From contig NC_042997.1 in the NCBI RefSeq assembly GCF_006345805.1, positions 91,078,001-91,142,000 on the forward strand: a stretch of DNA of 64,000 bases, read 5' to 3'. The notes under the pieces are model-generated. The model searched no databases. It had not been told where the DNA came from and saw nothing but the letters and a program-made list of their open reading frames with translations. A program made the translations under genes and the position numbers. Below, one piece after another: positions 11,745 through 23,680 of the stretch (the stretch's first letter is position 1; every line of letters begins with the position of its first letter). Source of the stretch: Octopus sinensis (Eukaryota).

Positions 11745-14215
11745 CTCTAACCACTCCCTCATTGTTTTCTCTGCATCCACCTTGCTCCCCCAACTTCTAT
11801 CTTGTTATTCTCACTGTTCTCTCTCCACAGTACTCCCTCTTTATACCACTCTGGTCTGCAACACTCCCACTCCACACCTCCAGTAACTCTCTTCAGATTT
11901 CTCACCACCCTCATCTATTTCTCTCTTGTTCTCTTTTCCTCACACTTTCCATATCAGCCTTTTTTTGTTTTTTGCTGCTTTAGTAGATTTCCACGACTCT
12001 ATTTACCATCCAATTCCATTATTGTGAATTTAAATTGGGAGCTTGAGTCTTACTGAATCTTTCATTAGCTGATTATGCAACCATGGATGCTGCCCTATTG
12101 ATAGAGCTTGTTGATCCTAACTGTTGGTTTTCTAGGATTCCTCCACTTGGCATCAATGTAAGAAGTATCACTGGCTCAGTTGAGCTCTTCTGCTGCCTCT
12201 TCACAATCCACCATGCTGCAGTCCCATGACTTTGCCATACTCCTGACAGATTAAACAGATTTGTTCCAATTGGGCTCTGTGCACATACTCAAGAGGAGGA
12301 CGCTAGTATATCATTGTGGTTAATAGTGAAATCTCAAGTTCACACTTTTAGGCTGGCACAGGTATACTACTCAAAGCATAAAACATAAATCTTCAGCTTT
12401 TGGAGAGTAGAGAACCCCACTGACAATTCTCTAATTGGGCCTGCACTTCCTGGCACCAGCCCTGAAAATACCTGCATACCCATCAGCCTTATTATATAGA
12501 ATAGCTCTGGTCTCTGCTACACAACCCATTTTATCGCTTTCACCCTGTCCTTTCCTTTCCCATTAACCCCTGATGCCATTCCCTCCTTTTCTATACTTCT
12601 TTCCTCAATAGTGTTTCCACTACAACACTCACAACAATAAATCTGATACTCTTATCATTCTTTAGCCTCTCATCCCACCTCTAGAATCATCACACTCTCC
12701 TATTCTCCTTCGGTTGTAGGAGCCACTTTAGGCCCTTAATCTTGCAAGTTACTAGGCCATGCTACTAGTGCTGGTGCCATAAAGATGCTTGGCAACAAAA
12801 AGAGCATCCAGCTATAGTAACCTTGCCAAAGCAGGCATTGGAGCATGATGCACTTCTCTAACTTGTCAGATCCTGTCAAACCATCCAGCACGTCAGCATT
12901 GAAGATGGACATTTGGTATGCACTGCTCCCTGCACATATTATGCATACAACAGACTTGTATACTTTCCATATCAAATTCATTCACAATGGAACCATAGTA
13001 GAAGGCACTTACCTAAAGTGCTTCACTGTGGGATTGAACCTGAAACCCCATGATTGTCAAGCAAACTTCTTAATCACACAACCATAACTGTACTTGACTA
13101 ATCAAAAAAAAAAAAATGGAAAGAAAATTAACTTGTACAAGTGAAGCTGACTACAATTACTCAATAACAACCAGTTGTACTTCCATTGAAGTGGAGGTTA
13201 GCATATTTATTGCAGTGAAGCTAAATATCATTTTCAATCAATTAAAATTACACTTTTAAAAAGTACCAAAAAAATCATTAGCATTAATGATAATTGTTAC
13301 AAAAGAGAAGGGGGTTAAACTAATAAATTCTAATTGATTAAAAATCTAATGGAGTATACAGCAAATTTGACATATTGTACAGTGACAACTTCAAACATGT
13401 TTCAATCCAAGTAAACCTCCTCAGTGAAGCATAGGCTTATTCATTCTTACTAGATTTTAGAATGACTAAGAATATTTGTAGTCTTTTTTAGTCAACATTC
13501 ACAGAATTGGCAATTTAAAATAACAACATGGAAAAATTAATCTATATGTTAATATAAATATATGAAACTTGGAATTAGACTAACTCTTTTCATCTTCTAT
13601 GCTAATAGAGGGAAAGCTGCTTAATTGAATAATTAAGCTATATTTCATTCAACTCATTTTAAAACTATATTTTTAAAGCATGATCACTATAAACAAAGTT
13701 TGTGCTTAGATTTCTGATTGAAAAAGATCCAAATTGTTTTTGATTTTGTTGACGCCAACTATAAAGAATTATCTGTTGCTGTATTCTGAACTTTGTCAAT
13801 CTAACCTAACTGACTAAAAACATTACCTATGACTATATAAGCAATGATTAATCTTTTATTCTGTTTATTGAGTAGTCTTTCTACTTCAAGAAATATTGTC
13901 ATTGTCTTAACATTTACTTTTCTGTAGTTGCATGGGTCAGATAGAGTTCATTCAGGCAGATTTTTTTTTATGGCTGGATACACTTCTTGTTGTCAACTTA
14001 TTTCCAAGCTAGGTAATATTATCCTCCATGACTGGGCATGTTTCCATGGAAGTTTGGAAATGAATAATACCACTTGTATGATAGTGATATTCGTTTACAA
14101 CTATCACATGGTGACATGATAAGGAGCCCTTTGAAATACTCTGGCACAATTACTTATGGCTCTGTATTAAGTATCTGTTCTGCTTTTGCATATTCTTGAT
14201 ACATGCATGTGTGTA

Positions 14216-14420
14216 GGGCAGCAAGCTGGCAGAATCATTAGCACGCCAGGCTTAATGGCATTTTGTCTGTCTTTACATTTTGAGTTCAAATTCTGCTGAG
14301 GTTGACTTTGCCTTTCATCCTTCCAGGGTCAATAAAATAAGTACCAGTTAAACTCTGGGATTGGTGTAATCGATTTAAACCCTCCCCTTGGTATAAGGCC
14401 TTATACAAAAATTTGAAATC
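14216..14420 (+). mobile_element. SINE (same family as 2777-2975)
   Basis: gctggcagaatcattagc...gagttcaaattctgctgaggttgactttgcctttcatcc. Confidence 0.75.
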
Positions 14421-14862
14421 AATATATGCATGTATATGTTAATATATTTTACAATAGAATGAAATTTTTGGCAATCACTGATCACAGTCCTCTAGAAACA
14501 ATGCTTGCTAAATAGGTTTTGATATAATCGAATTAATTACAATAAATATTTCAGTACATCAAAACAAAAACTCCTAGCAGCCAAAATTTCTTGCATCAAC
14601 ACTAAAAAAAATCCAATTTTTGCAATAGTAGTTCTGTAAAGTCAGACTTACAGATTATATAGATTACTGACTGGGACACAATCATAGTGACTGTTAGAAG
14701 TTGGGTACCTTAGCATATTAGTAGCTGTATCAGACAAATGCACTAGATACAAAGTTGTCTGGGTTTGTTTTCATTTATTAGTATTTTTTATGGCCTGAGA
14801 TAGAAATTTCACAGAACCAAAACTGATCAGTCTAATTCACATTTTTTTTCTTGCATATGCAA

Positions 14863-15260
14863 TAGGCATTGGCATGGCTGTGTGGTTAAGAAACTTGCTT
14901 CCCAACTATGGGGTCTTGGGTTCTGTCCCATTGTGCAGCATCTTGAGAAAATGTCTCCTCTATAGTCCCAGGCCAACCAAAGCCTTGTGAGTAGATTTGG
15001 TAGAGAGAAACTGAAAGAAGCCCATCGTATATATATATATATGCATATATGTTTATGCATATATCTATATGTACCCTTGTTTTCTTGTCTTGACATCACA
15101 TGGTTGTAAATGAGCATCATCTTCTACAAGCTGTGGAGGAAATATTACCTTGCTTGGAAACCAGTGAGAGTTGGCGACAGGAAGGGCATCCAGTTACAAG
15201 GAATTTACCATGACAAATTCTGTCTGACCTATTCAAACATGGAAAAATAGACATTAAAAG
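14863..15260 (+). mobile_element. SINE with tRNA-like head and RTE-like (GAT)n tail
   Basis: ggcatggctgtgtggttaagaa head, shared body, ending in gatgatgatattgatgac. Confidence 0.7.
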
Positions 15261-15475
15261 ATGATGATATTGATGACAACTGTGTTGGTATTATTGTATC
15301 AAAAACATGCAAATTTCAATAGTCAGGTCACAAGGAATCAAAATCAGTCATTCATTACAGTGTAAACTTTCAAAATGCATTAAAACTAATTAGTCGACAT
15401 GGTGCACATTATGTCCCACATTATGGCAGCGTATTTCGTCATCTCTGCGGGACTAGCCCAAACAGCGTACCTTGC

Positions 15476-17320
15476 TGACTGATATCACTGACTGTGTCAC
15501 TCCACTATTTTTTTCTCCCCCATTTCTTTTTCTTCTAAACAAAATTATTTTACTTCTTATTTAGATTTTTTTTTGTCCACACAGAATTATATATTTTCCT
15601 TCTCTTTTAATGCAACATTATTATATATATATATATTTTTCATTTCTACTTATTTTTTCTTCCACACAATCATTTTTTACTGTGTGTAGTTCAGTTCTGT
15701 GTAGAGTTTTATCAGACATTTTTTTCTTCAGGACCTCTTTTTATATATATATATTTTTCACTGTATGTATATTACTTTTCACTGTGTGTAGTTCAATTCT
15801 GTCTTGGCATTTTTTTTTCTTCAGAATCTATTTTTTTATATATTTTTCACTGTGAGAAGTTCAATTCTGTGTTAGAATTTGAATCCTTCAAACTTTCTTT
15901 CAATGTTCTTGAACGTAGTTCTTACATTTCAACACTCATGTGAGCATTCATAATCTCGTTATTATTGTTAAAATGACACTGTTATACAGTGGGAGGTATC
16001 TTTGTCACCACTGTTATGTCCTGCTACTACATATCAGTGGCTGTGTAAGCTACAATTCCTTATTGCCACTGTCATGTCTCACATTATGGCAACGTATTGC
16101 GTACTTTGCTGACTGTCATCACTAACTGTGTCAGTCCACTATTTATTAGTAGTGGACAAGCCCACTTCTCACATGGAGGCATCCTCCATAATACCTCCCC
16201 CCCTTTGAAATTTTTTTTTTTTGACATTTCTTTTTCTTCTAACCAGAATTATTTTTCTTCTTATTTAGATTTTTTCTTGTTCCACCCAGAATTATATATT
16301 TTTTCTCTTTCAATGCAACATTATTATATATATATATATTTTTTTCATTTCTGACTTTTACTTTGCACTTTTCTCTGCAGAAACTGGATTGGTTACCTGC
16401 AAACTTCCATTATCTTTTTAAAGTGTTTGCATTAGAATGATTCCTTAATGAAGCAGTTTCAGCAGAAGGGCCTTTTCCTGTAACAGATGGCTCAGATTCT
16501 CTAATTTCAGAATTATTTTTTATATTTCTTTACTAGTCACTTCCATTGACATTTCATCTGGAGTCTTTTCAAAGAGGACTTATTTAGTATCCTCAATCAC
16601 AAAATGGCTTGCGTTTTCTTTGTCCATTTTAACCAACTCGGCTGAAACTGGCTATGGCTCTGAGTACAAATGTCTTGTTTTCATAAGTTTTGAATTAAAA
16701 TTTTCCACCAAACCTTAGTCACAATTTATGTTCCTGACACTAGTTGTTCCACATAGAATTATTAAATACTTCGCATGGACTTATTATTTTTTGTTCCACA
16801 CAGAACCGTTTATTCCCCCCCCCCAAAAAAAATGCTGCAGGTAGTACCAAGTCTACATTATTGCTTGTAGCTCTAGTACATATAGCAACCTGACTTATAA
16901 ATCTTTCGAACAGACTTATTATTATTATTTTCTTGTTCCACACAGAATTATTTTTCACCATGTGTAGTCCAGTTCTGTGTAGGGTTCCAGTTTTATCAGA
17001 CATTTTCTTTTCTTCAGGATCTCTTTTTTTTTTATATATATTTTTCACTGTGTGTATATTAATTTTCACCATGTGTAGTTCAATTCTGTGTTAGCATTTT
17101 TTCTTCAGAATCTTTTTTCTATATATATTTTTCACTGTGTATATTACTTTTCACTGTGTGAAGTTCAATTCTGTGTTAGAGTTTGAATCCTTCAAACTTT
17201 CTTTCATTGTTCTTGAACACTCCTATGAGTATTTGTAACCTCGTTACCATTGTTATAACAACACTGTTATACAGTGGGAGGTATCTTCATCGCCACTGTT
17301 ATGTCCTGCTACTACATTAG
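15476..17320. repeat. Mosaic of local direct duplications
   Basis: Blocks at ~15530-15650 and ~16220-16350 are near-identical, as are ~15670-16035 and ~16950-17315 (gaatccttcaaactttctttca...cactgttatacagtgggaggtatctt). Confidence 0.8.
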
Positions 17321-17323
17321 GGT

Positions 17324-17712
17324 TGCAAATGATCTTACGGTTTGCAATACTAACTCCAGGAAACCTGCCAGTCACCTCCCAATCTGATAAATACACTAGT
17401 CAAATTGACTACATCCTTGTGAGGAAAAGGGAAAGATGGCTACTTATAAATGCCAAAACCTACCCAGGTGAAGAATGTACCTCACAACATAGAGAGGGGT
17501 CTGGAAGCTTAAAGATCCTGTGAATGGACAGAGATTCAGAGATGTATTACTCAAAGCTTTTGATGAAATAGAGGTGGGATATAGCATCACATAATGTAGA
17601 AGACAACTGGTGGTTTCTACAGGCCAACCTGCTGAGGGCCATTGACTAGATCTGTGGATGGTGCAAAGTTCCCTTTCGACCCAAGGTAATGTGGCAATGG
17701 AACAATGTTGTT
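17324..17712 (+). mobile_element. RTE endonuclease-region fragment, inverted relative to the adjoining RTE
   Basis: Translates SQIDYILVRKRERWLLINAKTYPGEECTSQH. Reverse complement of 19381-19766. Confidence 0.9.
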
Positions 17713-17713
17713 T

Positions 17714-20420
17714 TATTTCACTTGCCTCAACAGGTCTTTGCAAGCAAAGTTTACTGTCCAATGAATGAAGAGTACTCCTAAGCAGGCTAGTTATACACCA
17801 CTGGCATAGGCTATGGGTTTTGGTCTCACTTGGCTTGCTGAGTCTTCTCAAGCACAGCATATCTCCAAAGTCTCAGTCACAAGTCATTGCCTTGGTGAGG
17901 CCCAATGTTCAAAGGTTGCGCTTCACCACCTCATCCAAGGTCTTCCTGGGTCTACCTCTTCCACAGGTTCCCTCAACTGCTAGGGTGTGGCACTTCTTCA
18001 TACAGCTGTCCTCATCCATTCGCAACACATGACCATACCAGCGCTATCGTCTCTTTTGTACACTACATCTGATGCTTCTTAAGTCCAACTTTTCTCTCAG
18101 AGTGCTTACACTCTGTCATGAAGGGATTTGTGGTTTGTCTGCCTTCCTACTTATTAAGACTTTAGTTTTAGCTAGGTTGGCTCTAAGGCCCTTCAATTCT
18201 AATCTTTGGTTCCACACCTTAAATTTCACCTCTAGTTCTGATAGTGACTCAGCAATTAGAGCGAGGTCATCAGCTCAGAGGAGCTCCCAAGGGCATCCTG
18301 TCTTGCATTCCTCCATAATTGCCTGGAGAAATATGATAAATAAGAGGGGGCTGAAGACTGATCATTGGTGGACCCCTACCCCGACCAGGAATTCTTCACT
18401 GTACTCATTGCCAACCCTCACCTTACTGACAGCATCCCTGTACATGGCTTTCACAGCTCTCACTAACCATTCATCTATCCCTAGTTTCCTCATTGACCAC
18501 CAGATAATGGATCAGGGGACCCTGTCAAAGCTTTCTCCATGTCAATGAAAGCTAGGTACAGAGGTTTGTCTTTGGCTAGGTATTTCTCCTGCAGCTGTCT
18601 TACCAGAAATATAGTATCAGTGGTGCTTTTCTCTGGCATGAACCCAAACTGCATGTCATCTAGGCTGACTCTCTCCTCAATTAGTTGGGCAATGACCCTT
18701 TTCATGACCTTCATTACCTGATCCAACAACTCGATACCTCTGTAATTATTTGTATCTAGTGCATCACCTCTACCTTTGTAGTAGTTGACTATGATGCTGC
18801 TATACCAGTCATTGCGTATGGCCCCTTAATGTATCACCTGATTGACTATATAGGTGACTAGGCTATAGCTGACACTACCAGATATTTTGAACATCTCTGT
18901 GATGATTCCTGATGGGCCGGGGGCTTTCCCTGTCTTCATAACCTTAATGACTTTATCTACTAAGTTACTGTCAATTCAGATAGCTGGTCCCTCTGTTGGG
19001 TTGGCATTCGGCAGAGTCTTTTTCTCATATTCATTCTCTTTATTTAGCAACCTTTCATATAGTGGTGTCTCCAAACCAATCTCTTTGCAGACTCGTTTCA
19101 TGCAAGTGAACCATCATCCATGCAGACACATTTCTCTCTTATGACATCATGATTCCCTCTCACATACTGTCTTGCAACACAAAATACCTCAAGTCTTTGG
19201 TCCTCATGGCAAATTTTTTCTTATCTGCTTCCCCTCTGGCTAAATAAACCTGTCTCCTAGCTTCCCCTCTGGCTAAATAAACCTGTCTCCTAGCTTCCCT
19301 TTTAGCAGTCTGATACAATTCCCTGCTACCACCGTTCTTCCAGTCCTTCCAAGCCTGCTTCTTTTCTCTAATGTCCCTGTCAACAACATTGTTCCACTGC
19401 CACATTACCTTAGGTCGAGAGGGGACTTTGCACAGATCTGGTCAATGGCCCTCAGTAGGTTGTCCTATAGAAACCTCCAGTTGTCTTCTACATTATGTGA
19501 TGCTTTATCTCCCTCTATTTCGTCAAAAGCTTTAATATGCCTCTAAATCTCTGTCCATTCGCAGGAATTTTAAGCTTCCAGACCCCTCCCCATGTTGTGA
19601 AGTACATTCTTCGCCTGGGAAGGTTTTGGCATTTATAAGTAGCCATCTTTCCCTTTTCCTTACCAGGATGTAGTCAATTTGACTAGTGTATCTATCAGAT
19701 CGGGAGGTGACTATGTGACTGGCAGGTTTCCTGGAGTTAGTATTGCAAACTGTAAGGTCATTTGCATCGCAGAAATCCAGCAGCCTGGTTCCTATCTCAT
19801 TGTGGGAACCAAAACCATTGGCTCCATGTACGCCATGGAAGCCTCCTGCATGTTGTCCAACATGCCCATTGAAGTTACCATCCACAAAGAGAAGGTTACT
19901 ATCATTCGTCGACGAAGTAGTTAGCAAGAGGGTGTCATAAAATCGGTCTTTCTGTCCTTCAGGTAGCCCTAGCTGAGATAATGGCTGCCAACCCATGATG
20001 TAGCACTAATCTAATCTTAAGTATTCTATCGCAGACTCTGACTACCTCCACTACCTTATCAACCTATTTCTCCGACCCCATCAGTGCTCCCTGCCCAGAA
20101 AATCTTGTACCTATTTTCTTTGCCAGTGGTGAACCTAGCGGAACCTCCTCTCCACCTTACTTCTTGGATGCAGCTCAAATCTACACCTCTCCATTCGAGC
20201 ATCTCAACAATCTCACCAGACCTACCTTTCAGTGTGCCCATGTTGAGGGTGTGGGAAGTGTGGGCCTGTGAGTCCCTAGCATGGGGGACAGCAGCATCAT
20301 GTACCTGAAAGGAAAGCTCACATTTGGCAGAATTCATAAACAAGCAATAGCCTTCAACCTGCATACACTACACCATCATTTTTATGCGCTACATGATCAC
20401 TACTTTACATCTCTTATTAT
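17714..20420 (-). mobile_element. Near-full-length but internally deleted RTE-clade LINE (APE endonuclease + RT), defective
   Basis: Minus-strand ORFs show LNMGTLKGRSGE, CIQEVRWRG, GNFNGHVG and SQIDYILV (APE), then QFGFMPEKSTTD and LAFIDMEKA (RT). Many stops. Lacks the PHD segment and the 3' tail. Confidence 0.9.
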
Positions 20421-20899
20421 AAAAGGCAGATTTTATCTGCCTCTCTTTGTCACTTATAGAAATCTACAATATAGGATTTCTTCAATTACAATTTACCTAG
20501 CATTTTTAAGAGTAGAATGCATCGGGTCATGCCAGGTCCAGTTTTTTAAATTTAAACTCCAATTAAGCAAAATTTACAGAAAACTCACATTCTGGTGTGT
20601 ATGTCAAATGCTTTTCTTAGTCTGGTTTACAGCACACGCAAACGCACACACACAGTGTGCAACGAATAAAGTGAAACTAGATGTAATATTTGTTTCTGTC
20701 TATCACGCTGATAGATACATGAGTAAAATGTATGGCAAGCTAAGAGATAAGAGTGAGTGAAAATGTTCTTGGAAGAGAGTAAATAGCGACAGAGTGATTT
20801 GAGGAAGACTAAACTGAAAGTATGAAACAGTGTTTATGTATAAACAGACGACACTTGACACTTATATATAGTTATTAATAAATGTATGCATCCGTTTAA

Positions 20900-21225
20900 C
20901 CCTTTCGTTACCAAACCGCCTGAATTTACCTATTCATATTTAAATGAGAATATCAGAGTAAATCTCTTTAGTACATTCGTGAAAACACGTATTATACTTC
21001 GTAAACACTTCAAATACAGTTTTGTACAAAAATCGAAGTGTAATTTTAATTCCGTGAATTATGGGAGATTTTTTTCCGAAATTTGTTCCTATTGTGTTTT
21101 CAAAATTTGTAATTCTGACAAAAAATGGATACGAATTTCATTATATCAAGCAGCGAGTCAGAATTCGAAGGATTTTCTACTGAAGACCTTCATAAATCTA
21201 ACTCTATGACTGAAAAAAAAAAGCA
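20900..21225 (+). mobile_element. piggyBac-like non-autonomous element (left part), interrupted by a Helitron
   Basis: Starts TTAA|CCCTTTCGTTAC and is homologous (reverse complement) to ~63700-63938. Contains an acidic SSESEFEGFSTED stretch. Confidence 0.7.
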
Positions 21226-21621
21226 TCTTTATATAAGAGTGAAGTTGTGTGTCTGTCTCCTACGATTTAGATTCGTAACTACTCCCACATTTTGCGGTGC
21301 AGTTTAACCAAAAGCGGGTATCTTATAGTCGTGATTCATATCGAGCCCTTCTGGGTATTAGCGCGCGTCTACGATGAGTCTACGATTTAAAAAAAATTTA
21401 CCATCATATTTTTCCATTTTAATGCATTTTTTTCGCTTTTATATAAGGGAAGTAACTCTCTAAAAATATCTACGATGTGTCAACGATTTAAAAAAAAAAT
21501 TTACCTTAATTTTTTTTCAATTTTTAATGCATTTTTTTGCTATTTTTTGGCTATAACTCTCTAAAAATGCTTATATAGTTATTTCCATTACAATCCGAGC
21601 AATGCCGGGCGATACTGCTAG
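21226..21621 (+). mobile_element. Non-autonomous Helitron
   Basis: Inserted between A and T. 5' TC; 3' hairpin ccgagcaatgccgg followed by gcgatactgCTAG. Same 3' end as 41904-42320. Confidence 0.85.
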
Positions 21622-21991
21622 TAGGAGATAAACCCTAAGTAGGGATGGGGATGGCATTAAACCTTTAGAAGTGTTTGTGGGAAATAACCGAAAGATGTCA
21701 GAGAATAGGGACTTCCAGTACAGGTGGCTGGTGTACCACGAAACAGCAAATGCTGTCATTGTCAGGGAATAACATGATAACAGTGAGATAGAATTGAAAA
21801 ATCTTAGAATTTTCAGTCAGCCAATCTGTGACAAAATTAGAGAAATGAATGAATAAGTAATGATAGTAAATGCATGTGAAAGGAACTTAAGTTTGTTTTT
21901 AAAACATAACAGTGTAGAAGATGAAACTATATATATAACACACACACATATATATATACACACATATATATATACACACACATATATATAT

Positions 21992-22048
<57 letters not shown>

Positions 22049-22087
22049 CATACATATATATATGTGTGTGTGTGTATAATATTGTCC

Positions 22088-22310
22088 CATCATCATCATC
22101 ATTTAGCGTCCGCTTTCCATGCTAGCATGGGTTGGATGGTTCAACTGGGGTCTGGGAAGCTAGAAGGCTGCATCAGGCCCAGTCTGATCTGGCAGTGTTT
22201 CTACGGCTGGATGCCCTTCCAAACGCCAACCACTCCGTGAGTGTAGTGGGTGCTTTTTGCGTGCCACCGGCACGGGGGCCAGGCGAGGCTGGCAACGGCC
22301 ACTATATATA
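22088..22310 (-). mobile_element. RTE 3' tail fragment
   Basis: (CAT)n followed by ttagcgtccgctttccatgctagcatgggttgga. Confidence 0.85.
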
Positions 22311-22394
22311 TATATATTGTCCCCATATATATACACACACACACACATATATATATACACATACACACACATATATATATCTCATCATCACCAT

Positions 22395-22840
22395 TATGAG
22401 GTAGTCAAGCATGACCTTCGAATGTTGGGCCTCACAGAGGCAATGACGAAAGACCGAGATCTCTGGAGATATGCTGTGACTGCAAAGACCCAACAAATAA
22501 TGTGAGTTCATGGTTGCTTCCTGCACCAGTTTCGTATACTCTCTGCTGTGCTTACCTTGGATCATAGAGTGGCCTGCTGTGCTTGAGGAGACCTATTGAG
22601 TCAAGTACATCAACATCAAAATAAATATCAAATGGAAATTATAATTGTGATACCTGTGCCGGTGGCACGTAAAAAGCACCCACTACACTCACGGAGTGGT
22701 TGGCGTTAGGAAGGGCATCAAGCTGTAGAAACACTGCCAGATCAGACTGGAGCCTGGTGCTGCTTCCTGGCTTCCCAGACCCCAGTCGAGCCGTCCAACC
22801 TGTTCTAGCACGGAAAACGGACGTTAAACGATGATGATGA
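22395..22840 (+). mobile_element. 5'-truncated RTE (ORF end + 3' UTR + GAT tail)
   Basis: Encodes EVVKHDLRMLGLTEAMTKDRDLWRYAV and ends aaacgatgatgatgat. Confidence 0.85.
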
Positions 22841-22942
22841 TATATATACATACATACGTATGTCCCATATATATATATATATATATATATACATACGTAT
22901 GTCCCATATATATATATATATATTTATACATACGTATGTCCC

Positions 22943-22980
<38 letters not shown>

Positions 22981-23489
22981 ATGTATATATATAGTCCTAT
23001 ATATACATATATATAGTCCCATATATACATATATATTGTCCCATATATACATATATATTGTCCCATATATATACATACATATACGTATGTATATATTTAC
23101 ATAGGCGCATACACGTTTATAAAAATATATGTAGACGTGTGTACGGGACAATGTAGTCCTCCTAAATACTGTCTGGAAAGAAAAGGGCTTGAGACTGGCA
23201 TGTAAATACTCTATCTATGAGTGAAACAGGTAGCAGTTTTTTTTTTCTCGCTCTCTGCCTCCATAACAACGTATACTCTCTGCGCAGTCATAAATCGCAG
23301 CAAAATTCCCCTCACAACCTTTACACGCTACTGTCTTAAAGGAAATGTAATGGTCGTAGTTAGTATGTTTTCGATCGTTAAGGTTGACTCGAACTACAAC
23401 GTGATCGTTTTGGTGTCAAGTAAGTGAACTGTAAGTATATATGAGGCCATTTCTACGTCTGACGACGGCTCTATCTAACACGCAAGAAA

Positions 23490-23680
23490 CACCATCACGT
23501 GCTGCACATGCTTGTGTGACAACTAAAACAACTGACGTCAAAGGATACGATGGAATTGGGAGGAACGCCCATTTCTACACTGCTGATTAGTTACGTTCTC
23601 TCACGTGATGGGTTTGATCATGGCTTGGCGCAAACGAACGTCGGCCACGGCGATTGGTCGATGTTGGTCACGTGTTGTTG
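23490..23680. promoter_or_regulatory. Cluster of E-boxes, a CRE and a CCAAT box in a CpG-enriched unique segment
   Basis: CACGTG at 23496, 23602 and 23669; CACATG at 23505; TGACGTCA at 23533; ATTGG at 23653. Confidence 0.6.

Larger units (their letters stand above)
21925..23110. repeat. (TA)n/(CA)n microsatellite with a recurring tattgtcccata/tatgtcccata minisatellite, hosting two RTE 3' fragments
   Basis: The motif recurs at ~22080, ~22315 and ~22860-23065 among TA/CA runs. Confidence 0.85.

Noticed and set aside
11663-12056. ORFs of 106 and 84 aa
   Set aside because: Low-complexity pyrimidine-rich DNA spanning a MITE boundary; no recognisable domain.
21817-23151. Many overlapping ORFs rich in Y/I/H/T/C/V (also at 60199-60540 and 62177-62426)
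   Set aside because: Translations of TA/CA microsatellites.
23641-23660. ERSE-like CCACG/ATTGG pair
   Set aside because: Order and spacing match neither ERSE (CCAAT-N9-CCACG) nor ERSE-II, and the site is far from the Derlin-2 promoter.
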